Shown: positions 61,306 through 64,000 of the stretch, in pieces
Position numbering within the stretch: position 1 is the first letter of the stretch
Layout: the number at the start of each line of letters is the position of its first letter
Assembly: GCA_047602425.1 (NCBI GenBank)
Contig: JASGHG010000001.1
Span: 704,001-768,000, forward strand
Length of the DNA: 64,000 bases
Direction of reading: 5' to 3'
From: Nibricoccus sp.
GTDB lineage: Bacteria > Verrucomicrobiota > Verrucomicrobiia > Opitutales > Opitutaceae
The notes under the pieces: generated by a model
What the model was told of the DNA's origin: nothing
The model's input: only the letters and a program-made list of their open reading frames with translations
Databases searched by the model: none
Position numbers and translations under genes: made by a program

Positions 61306-62823
61306 TTAAACCTTGCCGCGTCGCGCCTCCAGTTGCATGCGGATTTCCGCCATTTTTTCCTGCGTGAGCGGAAAGCGCGCGAGCGCAAACATCGAAAAGG
61401 AAAGACCGACAATCGGAATCGCAGCCAGCAGAAGGCGAATCATGAAAATCGTGTGATCGGTCTGCTGAGTCACTTTCGAATCGAAGCCCACCCAGCCGAG
61501 AATGAAAAACGAAACGCCCGCGCCGACGGCCATGCCGACTTTGTTGATCCACGACCCACAGGCGGCAAAGGAACCTTCGCGACGGCGACCGCTTTCCAAT
61601 TCGTCATAGTCCATGACATCAGCGCCGATCGAACCCGAGATCATCCAGTAGCCAGCGCCAATAAAGGCGATAAAACCGGAAGCGAAAACCTGCAACCAGA
61701 CAATCTGCGGCGTATAGAGCCACCACGTGCAAAAGAAGACGGCGATCGCACTTCCCAACACGCAACCCATTGCCTGTTTTTTTCCGAGGTTTCTGGCAAT
61801 ATAGTTGAAAACCGGAATGCCCAGGAAACCCAAAACCATGCCGGAAACGCCCATCCAAAAATTCCAGTAGTTGCCGACGGAATTGTTGCCTTTGCAAACG
61901 TAGTAAATCGTCACCGAAAGGCCAAGCGTGCTCACCATGCTCAGCCCCATGTTGTAACCCATGTCCATAACCTTTTGAATGAGGAACGGACGGCAACGCA
62001 GCGTTTGCCAGAGCGTCTCCTTGATCGACACCTTGTCGCGACGGTTCGCCACCAGCTTCTCATAATAACGTTCGCGCACCAGGGCAACGCAGGTAAAGCC
62101 GCACACCAGCAGCACCAGACCGCAAAGAACCAGATAAACCTGTGCACCTAACAATAGGTTCGGCTTTGTGCCGTCCGGCGCATTGTCCCAAGCGGAAGCC
62201 GTGGTGAAAAGCTGCTTTACCCGTTCGAGAACGTTGCTGCTGTCGGCCCCCACCCAGACAACCTTCGAAAAAAAGGCTCCGAAGAAAAACAAACCAAGTT
62301 CGGGAATTTTCTGAATCGCATTTTTAACCGCGAAGACCGCCGTGCGCTCGTGGTAGTCCGGCGTGAGTTCGTTCGCCAGGCTCTGGTAGGGCATGTTGAA
62401 ACAGCTCACCATCGGCAGGTAAAGCGCCGAAGAAAGCAGCATGAACCAAAAATAACTCATCGATGACCAACCTGGTCCTACCGCCAGCAAAAACGGCAGC
62501 CCGATGCCCGCCAGCAGACAGCCAGCCAGCATGAAGGGGCGGCGGCGGCCCATCCGCGTGCGCGCGTTGTCGGACAGCCAGCCGAACACGGGGTCTGAGA
62601 CCGCATCAAAAACGCGGTTTAGGATAACCGCCCAGCCAATGAGTTTGGGATCAACACCGAGATAGATTCCAAAAATCTGAAATGCGATCGTTGGATAGAG
62701 CCAATGGCCCCACATGTCGAAAAACGTTCCCACGCCGTAACCAAATTTTTGGGAAAACGGAACGCGATCGGCGGGAGCGATCACGTAATCGCGGTTCATT
62801 TGAGATCTACTGAAGAGCTTCAT
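61306..62823 (-). CDS. GPH-family (MFS) sugar:cation symporter
   Basis: DAVSDP.FG.LSD..RTR.GRRRP, MPY..L..ELT.DY.ER, DVMDYDE...G.RREG. Confidence 0.9.
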   Translation of the reverse strand: MKLFSRSQMNRDYVIAPADRVPFSQKFGYGVGTFFDMWGHWLYPTIAFQIFGIYLGVDPKLIGWAVILNRVFDAVSDPVFGWLSDNARTRMGRRRPFMLAGCLLAGIGLPFLLAVGPGWSSMSYFWFMLLSSALYLPMVSCFNMPYQSLANELTPDYHERTAVFAVKNAIQKIPELGLFFFGAFFSKVVWVGADSSNVLERVKQLFTTASAWDNAPDGTKPNLLLGAQVYLVLCGLVLLVCGFTCVALVRERYYEKLVANRRDKVSIKETLWQTLRCRPFLIQKVMDMGYNMGLSMVSTLGLSVTIYYVCKGNNSVGNYWNFWMGVSGMVLGFLGIPVFNYIARNLGKKQAMGCVLGSAIAVFFCTWWLYTPQIVWLQVFASGFIAFIGAGYWMISGSIGADVMDYDELESGRRREGSFAACGSWINKVGMAVGAGVSFFILGWVGFDSKVTQQTDHTIFMIRLLLAAIPIVGLSFSMFALARFPLTQEKMAEIRMQLEARRGKV

Positions 62824-62864
62824 GGTGGGTGTTTTTTTGGGGGCGGTTGTGGCTGGATTTAAAA

Positions 62865-64000
62865 TCAATACGTATCGACCAGCGAATGCCAGACGAGCGC
62901 ACCGCGCAGTTTGGCGGGCGATTGGGTGCGGGAAAAGTCGACTTCGATGGTCTTGGCTTCGTTCGGATAAAGCTCGAAGAAATTGTCGCTGCTGCGATGA
63001 GGAATGCCCCGCAAATCAAACGCGAAACGGTGTTGCAGCACAGGCGACGTGAACGTGAGCGTAGCGCGGTTCGGCGCGAGCATTTCAACGGTCACAGAAG
63101 TTCGCGCTTTCGGCAGAGCCAGGTAGCGCGGCGGCGCCAAAAACACCGTGTCTTCGCTCACGCGCCGGCCATCCACCTCAAGCGCGATCCGAAGATAAAG
63201 CGAATCGTGGCCATGAGCGGCCAGCGGTGCCTTCAGGTCGAGCGTCTTTTGGCACACGCTTTCTCCAGGCCGCAGCACGACTTTCGCGCTCCCCTTCCGC
63301 AGACATCTGCCGTCGAGGTGAAACAAATCCCAGCGCAACGCGCCTTTTTGTTCCTCCGGCGAATCGCAAACCGTGTACAGGCGCACTTCCCGAACCGTCG
63401 TCTTGCGATAATTTCCAATGGTGTCTGACTCCTCGCCCGGCACGTGCGCACAAACCATCAGTGGCGCAAAAAAGCGCCGGGCCACGTGATGCAGGGCCTT
63501 CCAGCGCCCCGTAAATTCCAGCGAACTCCATGAACTCACCGGCCAGCAGTCGTTGATTTGCCAATACAAAGCACCCATGCAACGCGGCATGTTTCGCCGC
63601 CAGTGCTCGACGCCGGTCTGCATGCAGTCGGCCTGATTGAGCTGCGAAAGATAGATCAACGCATCCTGATCCTTCGGAAACCGATAACGGCGCGAGACGT
63701 AGTCGAGGATCACCTGATTGCCGCCGCGGTTTTTTTGATGGGCCTTCATCGTTGGACCGAAAACGTTCGAGTCTTCCGGCGGGCAAAAAGTGGCCTGCGT
63801 CTCCGTCGAGCTGAAGCTCTGCATCCCAAATTCGGATACAAAACGGAAGGCATGCTTTTCGTAATCTTTCACCGGGTGCCGTCCGTGCCAAACGTCCCAA
63901 TAATGAGTGTCGCCGCGTTGTGTGCCCGCTTCGTGACTGTTATCGACATCGCCGCGCCAGGGCGAACCCGGCCAGTATGCGGTCACGCCATCGTGCTCGG
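62865..64000 (-). CDS. Beta-mannosidase-like GH2, 5' end outside the window
   Basis: YWPGSP, GD.HYW.VWHG, RFVSEFG.QS, G.LYWQ.ND.WP..SWSS, WKALH. Confidence 0.88.
   Translation of the reverse strand, partial: EHDGVTAYWPGSPWRGDVDNSHEAGTQRGDTHYWDVWHGRHPVKDYEKHAFRFVSEFGMQSFSSTETQATFCPPEDSNVFGPTMKAHQKNRGGNQVILDYVSRRYRFPKDQDALIYLSQLNQADCMQTGVEHWRRNMPRCMGALYWQINDCWPVSSWSSLEFTGRWKALHHVARRFFAPLMVCAHVPGEESDTIGNYRKTTVREVRLYTVCDSPEEQKGALRWDLFHLDGRCLRKGSAKVVLRPGESVCQKTLDLKAPLAAHGHDSLYLRIALEVDGRRVSEDTVFLAPPRYLALPKARTSVTVEMLAPNRATLTFTSPVLQHRFAFDLRGIPHRSSDNFFELYPNEAKTIEVDFSRTQSPAKLRGALVWHSLVDTY

Noticed and set aside
1..64000. IS elements, integrases, prophage genes, tRNA, rRNA, CRISPR-Cas or other defence genes
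   Set aside because: No supporting motifs recognised.

Overview
GC-rich bacterial chromosome, inferred to be Verrucomicrobiota/Opitutaceae from the MurC-MurB fusion, the LysM gene inside the dcw cluster and the style of TonB-dependent receptor. From left to right: (1) the 3' part of a giant M36 metallopeptidase/Ig/RCC1 surface protein ending in a GlyGly-CTERM-like sorting signal, immediately followed by a rhombosortase-like rhomboid protease; (2) on the minus strand, a PilB/GspE ATPase, a stand-alone MshEN-like protein, obgE and a complete dcw cluster (mraZ, an unexplained 72-aa ORF, rsmH, ftsL-like, ftsI, murE, murF, mraY, murD, LysM, ftsW, murG, murC-murB, ddl, ftsQ, ftsA, ftsZ); (3) paoABC-type aldehyde oxidoreductase, four-subunit pyruvate:ferredoxin oxidoreductase, SBF transporter, murJ, split Pta, ABC exporter, PLD, PAS-SpoIIE phosphatase and a TPR protein; (4) a CnrYXH-like ECF module preceded by a 66-aa secreted Cys/Lys-rich peptide; (5) a glycan-utilisation locus (GH29, GH5-like, TBDR, XylR, GPH transporter, partial GH2). 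Most notable observations: the rhombosortase/substrate pair; the metal-sensing ECF module with a metallothionein/bufferin-like peptide; an FtsZ lacking the catalytic T7-loop Asp; and three frameshifts (obgE, murF, a lipoprotein) that are each repaired by deleting T, A or TA from the centre of CGG^CCG, which points to a DNA-modification-linked sequencing artefact. No rRNA, tRNA, CRISPR array or IS element was recognised. All assignments are by motif recognition; no database searches were run.
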